DNA from: Candidatus Poribacteria bacterium
GTDB lineage: Bacteria > Poribacteria > WGA-4E > PCPOR2b
DNA: 64,000 nucleotides
Reading direction: 5' to 3'
Assembly: GCA_965215015.1 (NCBI GenBank)
Contig: OZ244042.1
Span: forward strand, 2,048,001 to 2,112,000
Shown: positions 39,485 through 49,895 of the stretch, piece after piece
How the letters are laid out: each line of letters begins with the position of its first letter
How positions within the stretch are numbered: position 1 is the stretch's first letter
Translations under genes and position numbers: made by a program
Notes under the pieces: generated by a model
Seen by the model: only the letters and a program-made list of their open reading frames with translations
The model's database searches: none
What the model was told of the DNA's origin: nothing

Positions 39485-41539
39485 CTACTGGACCGAATGA
39501 ATTGTGACCGTCACGCCTGATACCGGGCTTTCTAAGTTGCCACTGTCGTCGACAGCTCGACTTAAGATGGTAACGGCTCCCTGCTGTGTCGGCAGCCATT
39601 CATAGCTCCAAGTCTGGCATCCACTTGCCGGATGCCAATTGACACCGTTATCAACGGATACTTCGACCGCGGCGACTTGACCGGCCGCATCTTGAGCGGT
39701 CCCACTAATTACCAAAATTCCCAGAGGCAGCGTCGCACCATCGGAGGGAACCAGTACCGTTGAAGTTGGAGGTTGATCATCGGTGGACGCGCTCGCCGGC
39801 GTCAAATCCTCCTGTAGCGTCTGAGGTTGAACACCCATGTCCGCAAATAGATTGACGGTTGCTTGTTGAATGTTTCTATCCGGACCGTTCGGATCGACAC
39901 CTACCCGGGTAGAGCTGGGATTTGCACGCTCCGGCGGTATACCAGTCTCGGTATCGTGGTGTGCATCTAAGCCCCAAGACCACTGTACTGTGCCTGCACC
40001 AAAGACCAGCGCACCGCGGGGACTTCCACTCCCTTTATTTGAAGCTTGTTGGCCCAACTTGGGGGGCTCGTGACGATAGAGTGTTAAGTGGTGAGTCGCG
40101 GTGCCTGAATCATAGACCGAGCCGTGGTCCTGAATGTAGGGAACGTTGTCAATGGTCGTCTCCGATAGGTGAAATAAACCGGGGGGGCGAAACCCGTTGT
40201 CCAAATCTTCGTCCCACTCATGACCAAGTAGGCCCTTCAGTAAAACGGCACTTTCACTTGACTTGAGTCTAGCGACCTCTGTGTTACGCCAGAATCGCAG
40301 GGCGGCGTATTTGGCCGGCACGATGAGCGGGTCATTGCGCCATGCGTTCACCGTGAAGATGGTCCCGGTTAGGGCGTTTTCCGGCCGCGGCCCCTCCGGA
40401 TTGAAAAGTCGTGAGTCCCGCCATGTCCCAGTCCAAACGTCAGCGATGGGGTCGATCTTGGCGTTATCATGCGTTTCCTTGTAGGTTACCAACGTCCGAT
40501 GAGGAACCTGTTCTCCATCAATGGAAGCTTCCCAGCGGGTTTTCCAGAATACTTCGTTACCGCTGAAAAAGGCAAGGTGAACGCCCCCATCGCGCGCCGC
40601 CTCGACATGCCGCCTTTGATCAAGAGACCAATATTCGTCGTGGCCGACCGACAGGAATAAGCGGTGTTTGCGAATCTCCTCGCCGCGCCGATCGCTATCG
40701 ACACCGGTGGAGTAGGTGACATCGTAGCCATTGGACTCAAGCCAACGGACAAAAGGATATTCGGCATTGAAAACCATGTTGACCGCCCGAAAGTGGCGTG
40801 TGTTGAACGGGCGGTTGTAGCTCACCTTGTAGGCACGAGGAGGGACGCCGAGCGCACGCGGGTAGTCTGGATCAAGCCGACCGTAGGTACAGTAACCACC
40901 GTAGCGATTGTAAGCCTGCCAAGTGGTATCAGAAGTTTGGAAGATAATATCAGAGTGGCTGTCATCGTGCCTCACAACGAAATAGATGTGGCTTGCTCGC
41001 GGTTCACGCAGTGCATTGGCAAGCCGACCGTGGCCCAACGCCCCGTAGGCATGTGACGAAGCAGGAGGGCTTGCCTCTGGGATTTCTCGACTGTTGTCCG
41101 CCCGCCAACCTACAGGGCCCGAATCCTGTCGTACCAAACGCGCAAAATAGATTCCCGACGTCGCGTCTGAGGGCACTTGCCAAGACGCTGAAACGGCCCA
41201 GTTGCCGCAATCGTAAAGGTGAGTGACAGCGTCCCTCAGACCTTCCGGCTGAAATTGGGGAAGTTTAACCGACGGCTCAATGGTGTCAACGCGACGGGCA
41301 CCCATTCCACCGTAGTATCCCATTCGATAGATGTCTATCCGATAGTCCGTCGAATCAGTTTTGATCTTGAAGAAGATTGTCTCACCGCGATTGATGCTGA
41401 TATCATGACCGAAGCCTTGAATGGTCGAATCGCCCCAACCGTTTATGTCCCACTCGGTTGGCAGATTCCCCGGCAGACGGTTTTCTCGGACGATGTCGTT
41501 GGCTGTTTGGGTGTCGTGATCCATCGGTTCGAGACTCAT
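39485..41539 (-). CDS. N,N-dimethylformamidase beta-subunit-like domain protein with C-terminal Ig-like domain
   Basis: EN..PG, IYRMGYYGG.GAR, TWQAYNRYGG, VSYNRP, SVGHDEYWS, VFGAGTVQWSWGL; tail SGTA.D..VEVS.D...SRAVD..GN.E. Confidence 0.8.
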   Translation of the reverse strand: MSLEPMDHDTQTANDIVRENRLPGNLPTEWDINGWGDSTIQGFGHDISINRGETIFFKIKTDSTDYRIDIYRMGYYGGMGARRVDTIEPSVKLPQFQPEGLRDAVTHLYDCGNWAVSASWQVPSDATSGIYFARLVRQDSGPVGWRADNSREIPEASPPASSHAYGALGHGRLANALREPRASHIYFVVRHDDSHSDIIFQTSDTTWQAYNRYGGYCTYGRLDPDYPRALGVPPRAYKVSYNRPFNTRHFRAVNMVFNAEYPFVRWLESNGYDVTYSTGVDSDRRGEEIRKHRLFLSVGHDEYWSLDQRRHVEAARDGGVHLAFFSGNEVFWKTRWEASIDGEQVPHRTLVTYKETHDNAKIDPIADVWTGTWRDSRLFNPEGPRPENALTGTIFTVNAWRNDPLIVPAKYAALRFWRNTEVARLKSSESAVLLKGLLGHEWDEDLDNGFRPPGLFHLSETTIDNVPYIQDHGSVYDSGTATHHLTLYRHEPPKLGQQASNKGSGSPRGALVFGAGTVQWSWGLDAHHDTETGIPPERANPSSTRVGVDPNGPDRNIQQATVNLFADMGVQPQTLQEDLTPASASTDDQPPTSTVLVPSDGATLPLGILVISGTAQDAAGQVAAVEVSVDNGVNWHPASGCQTWSYEWLPTQQGAVTILSRAVDDSGNLESPVSGVTVTIHSVQ

Positions 41540-41605
41540 ATCTCCCCTCTTTCTGCTTTTACCCATCCGCGCTGCATATCGACCCGTCATCGCAGGGCAG
41601 CGTTT

Positions 41606-42517
41606 CTATTTTCCGTGTGCTTCCGCCCAAGCCCTCAACGGAACATCGTCCGAATTCTTTGTAATCCAGTATTGAGAGTGAGGCTGAAAATCAGGAGAAG
41701 CACCCAGCGGATGGTCCCCCGTCGCCAATGCGCCGAGTAATTGCTGCCGTATTGGCGAACTGTTAGCGATTAATTCCGGTGACTGCTGAATGTAGTCCGT
41801 CGGACGGAGCCACCGGTAGTGGTAGCCGACGTGCATAATCTTGCGGGTTTTGTCCGATAGATTCGGCCCAACACAGTGCCAAGTCGCTGTACGCCACAGG
41901 ACCGCAGCCCCCGGCTTCAACCTGAGCTCAACCGCCTCCGAGAGATCGAGTTTACCTTTCACTTCGCGTAGCTCTTGTAGGGTGCGCTTGTGGCTACCCG
42001 GCATCAACCAAAGATTGCCGGAATTAGATTCACTCAAATCAGAGAAGGCATAGAACACCTTGATCTCCATAAAGGGCAACCGTCCGTCCAGCGACGGGCC
42101 TTCAAAGAGCTCTTTGCCTGACAGATCCGGGTGCCAGCCGAGGTTGTTGTACCCAGCCTTCTGGTCGTCCCCGTCACCGACGCCAATTTCGCCGGGCTCC
42201 AGGTCCTTTGGGTAAGGTGGGCGATAGTCGAGGTGCGTGGTACGAATCTGAATGTTCCAACCGATGGCGTCAACGACCAACGGCAGCATTCTGGGATGGT
42301 CAATCAGATCAAGGAACGCCTCGTGATGGGCTAACGCATTGCGGATAGTGAAGGGGGCATTGGGCTCACTGCCCTCAGCACGACGGACCCTAACTTTCAC
42401 CTCGTCAACAGCCGACAGTAATCGGTCTAGCTCCGCTTGGGTCAAGAAATCTTCGAGGATAATGTATCCCTTTTCCTCAAAGTCCTTCTCTTGCTGTTGC
42501 GTCATTGCTATCAACAT
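41606..42517 (-). CDS. Phytanoyl-CoA dioxygenase (PhyH) family protein
   Basis: WHPD, PGSH, KPG, WH, N.S...R. Confidence 0.88.
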   Translation of the reverse strand: MLIAMTQQQEKDFEEKGYIILEDFLTQAELDRLLSAVDEVKVRVRRAEGSEPNAPFTIRNALAHHEAFLDLIDHPRMLPLVVDAIGWNIQIRTTHLDYRPPYPKDLEPGEIGVGDGDDQKAGYNNLGWHPDLSGKELFEGPSLDGRLPFMEIKVFYAFSDLSESNSGNLWLMPGSHKRTLQELREVKGKLDLSEAVELRLKPGAAVLWRTATWHCVGPNLSDKTRKIMHVGYHYRWLRPTDYIQQSPELIANSSPIRQQLLGALATGDHPLGASPDFQPHSQYWITKNSDDVPLRAWAEAHGK

Positions 42518-42658
42518 CAGTCTGTCTCCTTTCGATAGATTCGTGAAATACTACATGATGACAACATCTAGGCAAGCCCAAGCATTTATGCTTGGGTCCA
42601 ATGGGTTAATTTTTGTTGATTTTTCCCGATAAATATAATGGAATAGGTTAGTCTTGCA

Positions 42659-42859
42659 ATGGAAGAATACAGCTGTGGTGCGTGTAGTCATACGCAAGAC
42701 AGAAACCTTAACGCTGCAATAAATCTCAGAACCCTCGCCGGGGGACACACGGAGCGGCTAAACGCTTGTAGAGATTCCGTAACACCTCAGCCGTCGAGGC
42801 ACGAATCATCGAACCAAGAAGATAGCACGGGACAATTGCTACTGTTCAGTCTATCATAA
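42659..42859 (+). pseudogene. tnpB: tnpB 3' relic (IS605/IS607 family)
   Basis: YSCGACSHTQDRNLNAAINL (Zn-ribbon half plus RuvC-III), NAC, C-terminal QLLLF. Confidence 0.75.
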
Positions 42860-42901
42860 GAATCCCAATTTCTACACTAGGAGCAGCCAATCTACTGCTC
42901 A

Positions 42902-43297
42902 TTATAGGGACGGATAGGTTAAGCGATAAATCCAGAGGCCTAGAACAAGGATGATTCCAATCCCCGCGAGACAGTTTCGGATAGGAGCGGAGAGTTTTAG
43001 CCAAATATCTCGGAGCCAGATCGGAGCACATGAGATACCAAGGGCTAGCGGAACAACAAAAAACACAAACGGATGATAGTGCCAAGCTGCGGCGAATTTA
43101 CCCTGTACGAGAGAGACACAGGCGCGAGTCATGCCACAACCGGGACACGATATACCCGTGATGAGGCGAAATGGACACGGAATGAGCGTCATCTTGTCAG
43201 GCAATATATCTGACCATGCCGTGTATACGCTGACAAGGGCAAGTCCAATAAGGAAAATACGTGCAAGATGTATGTGATTAAACGTCTTCGCGCACAT
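42902..43297 (-). CDS. DUF2752 family membrane protein
   Basis: CPF..ITG..CPGCGMTRA, A..YHP. Confidence 0.85.
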   Translation of the reverse strand: MCAKTFNHIHLARIFLIGLALVSVYTAWSDILPDKMTLIPCPFRLITGISCPGCGMTRACVSLVQGKFAAAWHYHPFVFFVVPLALGISCAPIWLRDIWLKLSAPIRNCLAGIGIILVLGLWIYRLTYPSL

Positions 43298-43661
43298 GGT
43301 AGAATCTGTTGATTTCCCACTGCTGGATTGCAAGAGACGCTATACCAATACCAAAAATTGCGAGCAAGACACAGGTCACCGCTAAGTGATTGCTCACGGT
43401 CAAACCGTTGTTAGCTTGAATTTCGTTGATTCCTACCGCCATCTTGTATTCGTAGTAAATGGCAAAGATACCACATGTTAAGATGCAGAGGAGTAACCAA
43501 AGCCCAAAACGATAATCGGTCCGTCCTAACCATCCGTTGAGCGTTTCCATCTGTTTGTACTCCCAATACAGAGAGTAAATCCCACAAGTCAGAAGGCTGA
43601 AAATGATTCCGAGTGCAATGCTTCTCACACCCTCAGCCCTCGGATACGGGTAATCCCGCAT
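43278..43661 (-). CDS. DUF4234 family membrane protein
   Basis: LLTCGIY.LYW.Y repeated; AGGAGG RBS. Confidence 0.8.
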   Translation of the reverse strand: MRDYPYPRAEGVRSIALGIIFSLLTCGIYSLYWEYKQMETLNGWLGRTDYRFGLWLLLCILTCGIFAIYYEYKMAVGINEIQANNGLTVSNHLAVTCVLLAIFGIGIASLAIQQWEINRFYHVREDV

Positions 43662-44061
43662 GATAGACCTCCTGCTTTCAAAATACGCTTATGTAAAGAA
43701 ATCGTGCAACAGAAACCGTAGGGGCAACCCTTGTGGCTGCCCTGACAAAAACTCGGTCGCTCGTAGCGTTCTGCTCTCTTTTTTATGCCTCCCGTAAGTC
43801 AGGTTTCCTAGCTCGACTGCGCTAATAAACCCATTTCACCTTTTCCGCTCTTGGTGTCTTCCACTTCCTTTCCGCATGCGCCTCAAAATATTAATGCAAT
43901 GAGTAGATAGGGAGCTCTGAATTAACGTAAAATCGCCCTCCCCTACCCCCTCAGTCCCAAATATCCACACGGTTCTTTTCCCTCCGCTTGCCCCCCTCCC
44001 CCTGCTTGCGGGGGGACCGAGGGGGGTCTTAGGTTCTTAAAATAAATAGACATAAGCCTTC

Positions 44062-44796
44062 TCAGCGCCCATAGACCGATACGCAGTTGCTACTAGTAGA
44101 TGTGAATCGTTCTTGCCTCCAGCCAGCCCAACGCTGCTTCAAACGCAGCCCGGCGATGCGCGCCATGAGATCCAGCTCACTGGGCCAGGCGTATCGCTGA
44201 ACGACTGGGTTCAAGCGTATCCCCGCGGAAGAAAGAGACACGTGGCTCTCCTCTATCATCTGCCTCGCCATGTCATGGCGCAGCACATCGAGCCGGACTT
44301 CATCGACCCCGATAGCTTCCGCGTCCACGTATTGATTGTTGTGCAAACGATGGAGAAACGCGGGCACAAAGGCCTCTACCACAAAGCAACCGTCGTCGGT
44401 AAGATGGTCGGCGACATTTCTAAAGCAGTGGACCTGCTCGTCTTGCGACAGTAGGTTGAACAGCGTGTTGAAGACCAAGTATATCAAGCGATACCTGCCT
44501 TTGACCGCAACGTCGGCGAAGTTGCCCATCGTAACAGCGATCTGCGTACCACCCGGTTTAGCGCGCAACTTGGCGATCATCGCAGACGAGAAATCGATGC
44601 CCTCGACGCGGATTCCCCGGGCGGCTAACGGTAACGCTATCCGCCCGGTGCCGATTGCAAGTTCCAGCGCAGGCCCCCCTCGGGCTAGCTGCTCCAGGAA
44701 CGCGACGGTCTCCATCTCGTTCCCACGTTCTGAGACATCGTCGTAAACCTCAGTAGCAGCCTCGTCAAAGCTCATGACTGGCTTATATTTCTTCAT
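44062..44796 (-). CDS. Class I SAM-dependent methyltransferase
   Basis: LELAIGTGRIA, GID.S..M, FNT. Confidence 0.9.
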   Translation of the reverse strand: MKKYKPVMSFDEAATEVYDDVSERGNEMETVAFLEQLARGGPALELAIGTGRIALPLAARGIRVEGIDFSSAMIAKLRAKPGGTQIAVTMGNFADVAVKGRYRLIYLVFNTLFNLLSQDEQVHCFRNVADHLTDDGCFVVEAFVPAFLHRLHNNQYVDAEAIGVDEVRLDVLRHDMARQMIEESHVSLSSAGIRLNPVVQRYAWPSELDLMARIAGLRLKQRWAGWRQERFTSTSSNCVSVYGR

Positions 44797-44920
44797 ATGA
44801 CGCGTTCCCTGAACTGATTCTTTAGAATATGAAACCAGCCTTTTAGGTGTAATAACATATTGACGCTATTAGAGAAGAATTTAACCCTTGTCAGCGGATA
44901 ATCGGTGACACTCTCAAGTA

Positions 44921-46591
44921 TTACGGTGTCCATGCGCGCGGGGCAATACCTTCAACGTGCGTTTTGACATCGACGACCACCGGCCTCCCCGCAGAAAAAG
45001 CCTGATCCAATGCGCTTGAAAGTTCACTGGGCTTGTTGACCGTAATTCCGAGGCAGCCCATTGATTCGGCGATTTTGGCGAAATCGGCATCCGGAAACAG
45101 CCAGAGCTCATCGGAACCAGCCGTGCGTCCCCCGTAGACAGACTCAACACCACCCTGTTCCTGGTTCAGAGAGTGATTGTTGTTGACCAGAATAACAGCA
45201 TTGATTTCGGATTTCACAGCGGTTTCCAAATCTGCTAGATGATACCAGATACCCCCATCGCCGGTGAAGCAGAGCACGGGCCTGTCCGGTTGGGCACATT
45301 TGGCACCCATCGCCGCAGGCAGCCCCCAACCGAGCGAACCAGAACAACGAATGAATATCTGATCGGGATGTTTGAGATCGAGCATCGTGCCAGTCCAGAC
45401 ACCGGAATGCCCTGTGTCGGAGACCAGAATTGCATCAGATGGCAGATAGTCGGTCAGCTCTTTGCAGAGGCGTTCCGGGCGCATCGGCACAATATCCGAG
45501 TTTGCTACTTCGCTAACGCTCGCTTTCCAGTTCCGAACCAGTTCCTGCACTCGGTCGATCCATTCTGCCCGCGGCGCAGCGGTTGCCGCATTTTCAATCA
45601 TGCGGCGCAGCGAATTTCTTATATCGCCCTGCATTCCCAGCTGAATTGGGTAATTGCGTCCTAACTCCTCCGGATTGATATCGAGTTGGATGATCGGCGT
45701 TCCCTGTGGTGGGATACTGTATCCGTTGGTCACCTGTCCCCCGGTATGACTCCCGATGAAGAACACCAAATCCGCCTCACAGACAGCCTGGTTGGCACAA
45801 GCCCGCGAGTATGAACCGGGTACACCGACCGCCAACGGATGATCGTAAGGGAACATCGCCTTCGCGTTGAGAGCGGTCGCAACCGGAACGGAGAGCTTCT
45901 CTGCAAGGGCGATGAGTTCGGCACGAGCCCCTGAAGTGGTCACACCTCCACCGGCAACGATGATAGGGCGTTTGGCATTGGTGAGCAGTTGGATGGCTTC
46001 TGTTACTGCTTCGATCTCCGCTTCCGGTCGGAAAGGCGGAAGCTGGGTAAAAGGTTCTTCGATGATGACTTCCAGATCCGCCTCACGATCTACAACCGCC
46101 TGTCCGGCGAGCCCTTCCAGATCCAAGTGTACCGGTCCCGGCGTGCCAGAAGTGGCAGAACGGAAGGCTTGACGCAGATAGACCGGGAGCTGTTCCGGCG
46201 TAGCAACAAACGCGCTATATTTGGTCACCGCCGAGAACGGATTGATGTGATCAACCTCCTGATAGGCGTGACGTTGTTGGTTAATCTGGTTCTCCCGGCC
46301 GGTAATAGCGATGACCGGCGAGCAAGCGAGGTAGGCATCTTGTAGTCCCGCAGCGAGGTTGACCGCACCCACTGACTGCGCCATACAGAGACCGGGGCCG
46401 CGGTTGACGCGGGCGTAGGCATCCGCCATGTATGCAGCCCCTTTTTCTCCGTGGGTTTGAACGCGTTTTATCCCCAGTTTTTCCATCTCCATCAACGCTC
46501 TAGGAGCGATATAGGGCATAAAAAAGACGTGGGTAATTCCGTAACCGTGGACTGTCTCTGCGATGAATTTACTTCCTGTCATTTGAGGCAT
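44921..46591 (-). CDS. Thiamine-diphosphate-dependent enzyme (acetolactate synthase-like family)
   Basis: E..AAYMADAYAR, PGPVHL, GSLGWGLPAA.GA, GDGG...NN. Confidence 0.9.
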   Translation of the reverse strand: MPQMTGSKFIAETVHGYGITHVFFMPYIAPRALMEMEKLGIKRVQTHGEKGAAYMADAYARVNRGPGLCMAQSVGAVNLAAGLQDAYLACSPVIAITGRENQINQQRHAYQEVDHINPFSAVTKYSAFVATPEQLPVYLRQAFRSATSGTPGPVHLDLEGLAGQAVVDREADLEVIIEEPFTQLPPFRPEAEIEAVTEAIQLLTNAKRPIIVAGGGVTTSGARAELIALAEKLSVPVATALNAKAMFPYDHPLAVGVPGSYSRACANQAVCEADLVFFIGSHTGGQVTNGYSIPPQGTPIIQLDINPEELGRNYPIQLGMQGDIRNSLRRMIENAATAAPRAEWIDRVQELVRNWKASVSEVANSDIVPMRPERLCKELTDYLPSDAILVSDTGHSGVWTGTMLDLKHPDQIFIRCSGSLGWGLPAAMGAKCAQPDRPVLCFTGDGGIWYHLADLETAVKSEINAVILVNNNHSLNQEQGGVESVYGGRTAGSDELWLFPDADFAKIAESMGCLGITVNKPSELSSALDQAFSAGRPVVVDVKTHVEGIAPRAWTP

Positions 46592-46701
46592 ACTGTTTTC
46601 TCCTATGAACGATGTGATAGGGCCCCAGTCTAGGGTTAAACAGCTTGCGATTGATAATCAGCAGGCTGATGAGCCGGGGGGTCTCATGAAACGATTTTTT
46701 T

Positions 46702-47490
46702 CTACAGTTTTCGTGGTGTGCCACCATCAATGTTTATGATTTCTCCCGTTATGAACCGGGACTCATCGGAAACAAGGAAAAGTACTAAATTCGCTACATC
46801 TTCCGGATAACCCGGACCCTCAAGTATCTGAGACAGATCGAAGATAGGCTTGAAAAAGTGATGGTCTCTGCCACCGGTTGCACCCGGGGTAAGGATTTGG
46901 CCAGGGCGTACGCAGTTGACTCGAATATTATGCTGTCCACCCATACTCGATGTGTACCGAGTAAAAGCCTCAACGCCTGCTTTTGCCACATAGTATGAGG
47001 ACGACGGTGTCCCGCCAGTTATATCATACATGTTCTTGCTAAATCCGATGACAGCGGCAATAGATGAGTTATTTACTATGGCACCGCCGCCCGCCTCCAC
47101 CATGTGGGGCCAAACCGATCGAGACATGTAGAAAGTGCCTGACAAGTTGACGTTAATTACCCGATCCCAGCCTTCATCTCCTTCGTTGGGGAAGTTCTCG
47201 CCGGCTCCTCCGCCCGCGTTGTTAAAGAGGACATTGATCGTGCCATATTTTGAGGCAGCCTCTTCGACTGCTGAATCAACGGCACTACTGTCCGAGACAT
47301 CACAACGGATGAACGTTGCTGCGCCTCCTTGACTATTTATAGCCTCTTCAACTTGAGCACCCTCCTCCTCCCTTCTTGCCATTATAGCGACTTTTGCCCC
47401 TTCTTGGGCAAAGAGATGGGCGGTTGCTTTACCGATACCGCTGTTTCCCCCTGTGACAATTGCAACTTTACCTGCTAGCCTGCCTGACAT
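46702..47490 (-). CDS. SDR family oxidoreductase
   Basis: TGGNSGIG, NNAG, YYVAK, IRVNCVRPG; AAGGAG RBS before ATG 47490. Confidence 0.92.
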   Translation of the reverse strand: MSGRLAGKVAIVTGGNSGIGKATAHLFAQEGAKVAIMARREEEGAQVEEAINSQGGAATFIRCDVSDSSAVDSAVEEAASKYGTINVLFNNAGGGAGENFPNEGDEGWDRVINVNLSGTFYMSRSVWPHMVEAGGGAIVNNSSIAAVIGFSKNMYDITGGTPSSSYYVAKAGVEAFTRYTSSMGGQHNIRVNCVRPGQILTPGATGGRDHHFFKPIFDLSQILEGPGYPEDVANLVLFLVSDESRFITGEIINIDGGTPRKL

Positions 47491-47539
47491 GATTTTCTCC
47501 TTTGCACACGACCCACAGTTTATCTGTTTGACATCACCT

Positions 47540-47917
47540 TCAGTCTTCATACTCAACAACGACGTCATCGCCCTTGATCTTAACTGGGTAGGTTTTGGCT
47601 CGTATCTCTGGATCTACCAAACAACGCCCAGTCGCAATATCGAACGCCCACTGATGCCACGGACAGCGCAAAATCTCGCCTAAACCATCAACGTTGATTG
47701 TGGAGCCGCGGGTAGAGGGCGGCGCATCGGTACTAACTCGACCACTGAGCTCACCGGTGCAGAGGGGACCGTTCTTATGAGGACAGATGTTGCGAACAGC
47801 GTAGAACGATCCATTGATGTTAAAAACACCAATGCCAGCCCTGCCCCGGAACGGTACAACGATTTTGCGCGACCCCGGTGGGATGTCCGCTACTTTACCG
47901 ATAACAACCCTTGCCAT
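47540..47917 (-). CDS. Rieske [2Fe-2S] ferredoxin
   Basis: CPH...CPWH. Confidence 0.92.
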   Translation of the reverse strand: MARVVIGKVADIPPGSRKIVVPFRGRAGIGVFNINGSFYAVRNICPHKNGPLCTGELSGRVSTDAPPSTRGSTINVDGLGEILRCPWHQWAFDIATGRCLVDPEIRAKTYPVKIKGDDVVVEYED

Positions 47918-47919
47918 AG

Positions 47920-49086
47920 CTAATTCCCTGTGTCTAGCCGGAGCATATCGAGCGCATTACCGGCAAAGATTCGGTGGTGAAGATTATCCTCAAGCTTGGG
48001 GAAGGTTGTTACCGGATCATTCCAATCGAAGTGCGGAAAGTCTGAGCAGAATATCAGCGTTTCGTCCGCGTGTAGCATCTCCAACATCTGGTACATCTGC
48101 TCCGGTTTCTCCGGCTCGTGCATCGGCTGCGAGCCGATTCGGATGTGCTCCCGGAAATATTCGCTCGGTAGTCGCTTGAGCCACGGTGTCTGGTCGCGTA
48201 GTGCCTTCCAGTCTGTATCTAAATGCCACATCACAGAAACCGCCCAGAGTTGCTGCGCTTCGATGAGGGCAAACTTGAAATTCGGGAACTTCTCGAATAC
48301 ACCTTCGCAGATCAACGAGGTTGCATGGGCACTGGCAACCGTCGGGCGGCTCATTCGCGATTCCATATAATAGGTCGGATAGCCGACTGGGGTTGGTGTT
48401 GTTCTAGCTGCACCGCCGCCACCACCGATGTGGGAAACTACCGGCAGCCCATGCTGCTCGCACGCCTCCCAGATGGGATGGTAGAAGCGATTACCGAAGG
48501 GCATACTGGTACCCATTGGGACCATCACCGCAACGGTGTCCTTACGGTCAGCCAACCGATTGATTTCCTCTACCGCTTGGACCGGGTCTGAAGGCGAAAC
48601 GAGGATCGCGTTGACCACACGCTCGTCGCGGTCAAGCCAATATTCGATAGTCCAATCGTTGAACGCCCGACACAGTGCGGCAGCCCAATCCGGATCAGGC
48701 AGCCCCGAATATCCGTAAAAAGGTGGTGGACCCGTCAGCAACCCGTAGTCGATATTCCAAGGGTTCAGGTGTTCCTCTTGCAGAAATTCCAGCGTGAAAT
48801 TGAAATCGCGCGGATCGCCACCAGTATCCTTCTTCTCTCTGCAATCTGTAGGCTGCGCCCGCCCTTTCAGATCCGTGCGGTTGGTCCGAATGGGAATGTT
48901 GGGATAGCCACCCAGATGCAAACCTTGGTCTAGCAGATGCTCCTGATAGAATGTTGACAGATATGGCAATAATTGCTCAGGACGACGAAAGTTGTGGTGA
49001 ACATCACAATCGACAATTGCGACACCATTCTTGGGCTTGGCCGTCCAGCCCGGCGCAGTAATCGGTGCGGCCCCTATTTGGCTCAT
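47920..49086 (-). CDS. Amidohydrolase-superfamily (amidohydro_2) protein
   Basis: DCDVH, AFNDW, EGVFEKFP, LPSEY, SDFPHFD. Confidence 0.88.
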   Translation of the reverse strand: MSQIGAAPITAPGWTAKPKNGVAIVDCDVHHNFRRPEQLLPYLSTFYQEHLLDQGLHLGGYPNIPIRTNRTDLKGRAQPTDCREKKDTGGDPRDFNFTLEFLQEEHLNPWNIDYGLLTGPPPFYGYSGLPDPDWAAALCRAFNDWTIEYWLDRDERVVNAILVSPSDPVQAVEEINRLADRKDTVAVMVPMGTSMPFGNRFYHPIWEACEQHGLPVVSHIGGGGGAARTTPTPVGYPTYYMESRMSRPTVASAHATSLICEGVFEKFPNFKFALIEAQQLWAVSVMWHLDTDWKALRDQTPWLKRLPSEYFREHIRIGSQPMHEPEKPEQMYQMLEMLHADETLIFCSDFPHFDWNDPVTTFPKLEDNLHHRIFAGNALDMLRLDTGN

Positions 49087-49262
49087 ACAAATGCCTCCTT
49101 ACTCTTGAAGTCCGCCGTGGAAAATCCTAATAATTCCATTATAAGATACCATACATGGGGGGGCGGATCAACCATTTATTTTTAGGGGTAGGGATTTGTA
49201 CTGAGGAATTAGCTGCTTGACAAAGTGACCATATTATTGGATACCAGTGGATAGATAGGGAT

Positions 49263-49340
49263 ATTTAGTTTTCGGTTTTCTCCCCGTCTGAGCGATGTGT
49301 CAGGATTCGGAAATCTCTCCTACAGAAGAACTAAATCCCC
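49263..49340. repeat. ~78-bp MITE-like element (copy 2)
   Basis: Matches 1728-1805. Confidence 0.65.
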
Positions 49341-49590
49341 CGTTCCCCTCCCAGTGGTCTCTGACACGACCGATCCCCCATTGGCCAAAGGACTGACCGG
49401 TCGCTTTGTCTGCCAATTTGCCTCCCATTCCCTCATTCTCTCCATCATCGTTTTGTTAGGTCCCTGCGTCCGGCCGCCATGAGCAGAGCTGCTTGCTATG
49501 CCGCCACATCGCATAAGCCCTGCATGGCTTGCCATCCTTCTTTGTTACTGTGCACCGGCGCAACGCCTTCGCTTTTTGTGTGTATGCCAT
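49320..49590 (-). pseudogene. Frameshifted small Cys/His protein (HGGxSTG-like)
   Basis: GGGAG RBS; MAYTQKAKALRRCTVTKKDGKPCRAYAMWRHSKQLC, frameshift, HGGRTQGP. Confidence 0.5.
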
Positions 49591-49790
49591 AAAAATCTCC
49601 CTGGAAACTATCTGTTACCCAGGCGTTGGACAGCTACCCAGCTTGACATCCGTGGGTAGACGTCTGCCGCCACGGCCGCCAATTCCAGGGACGTTGTGTG
49701 TAAAAACCGCCATGACTCCCCCAGATGTGGACCAAACGGAACCCGAGCGCATCGAAAAACTATTCGCCAAACTCAGAGCAACCATGAGAC

Positions 49791-49844
49791 ATAAAAAAAG
49801 GGGAGTGTCCGCTGTGATGTGAGTCTCTCACCAGACACTCCCCT
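49791..49844 (-). terminator. Intrinsic terminator after the 49896 ORF
   Basis: AGGGGAGTGTC / GACACTCCCCT stem followed by a T tract on the minus strand. Confidence 0.7.
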
Positions 49845-49895
49845 ATCTCTGTTTATTCCCGCTCCGATAGATTCGGTTGCAAGCACGCTGCTGGA

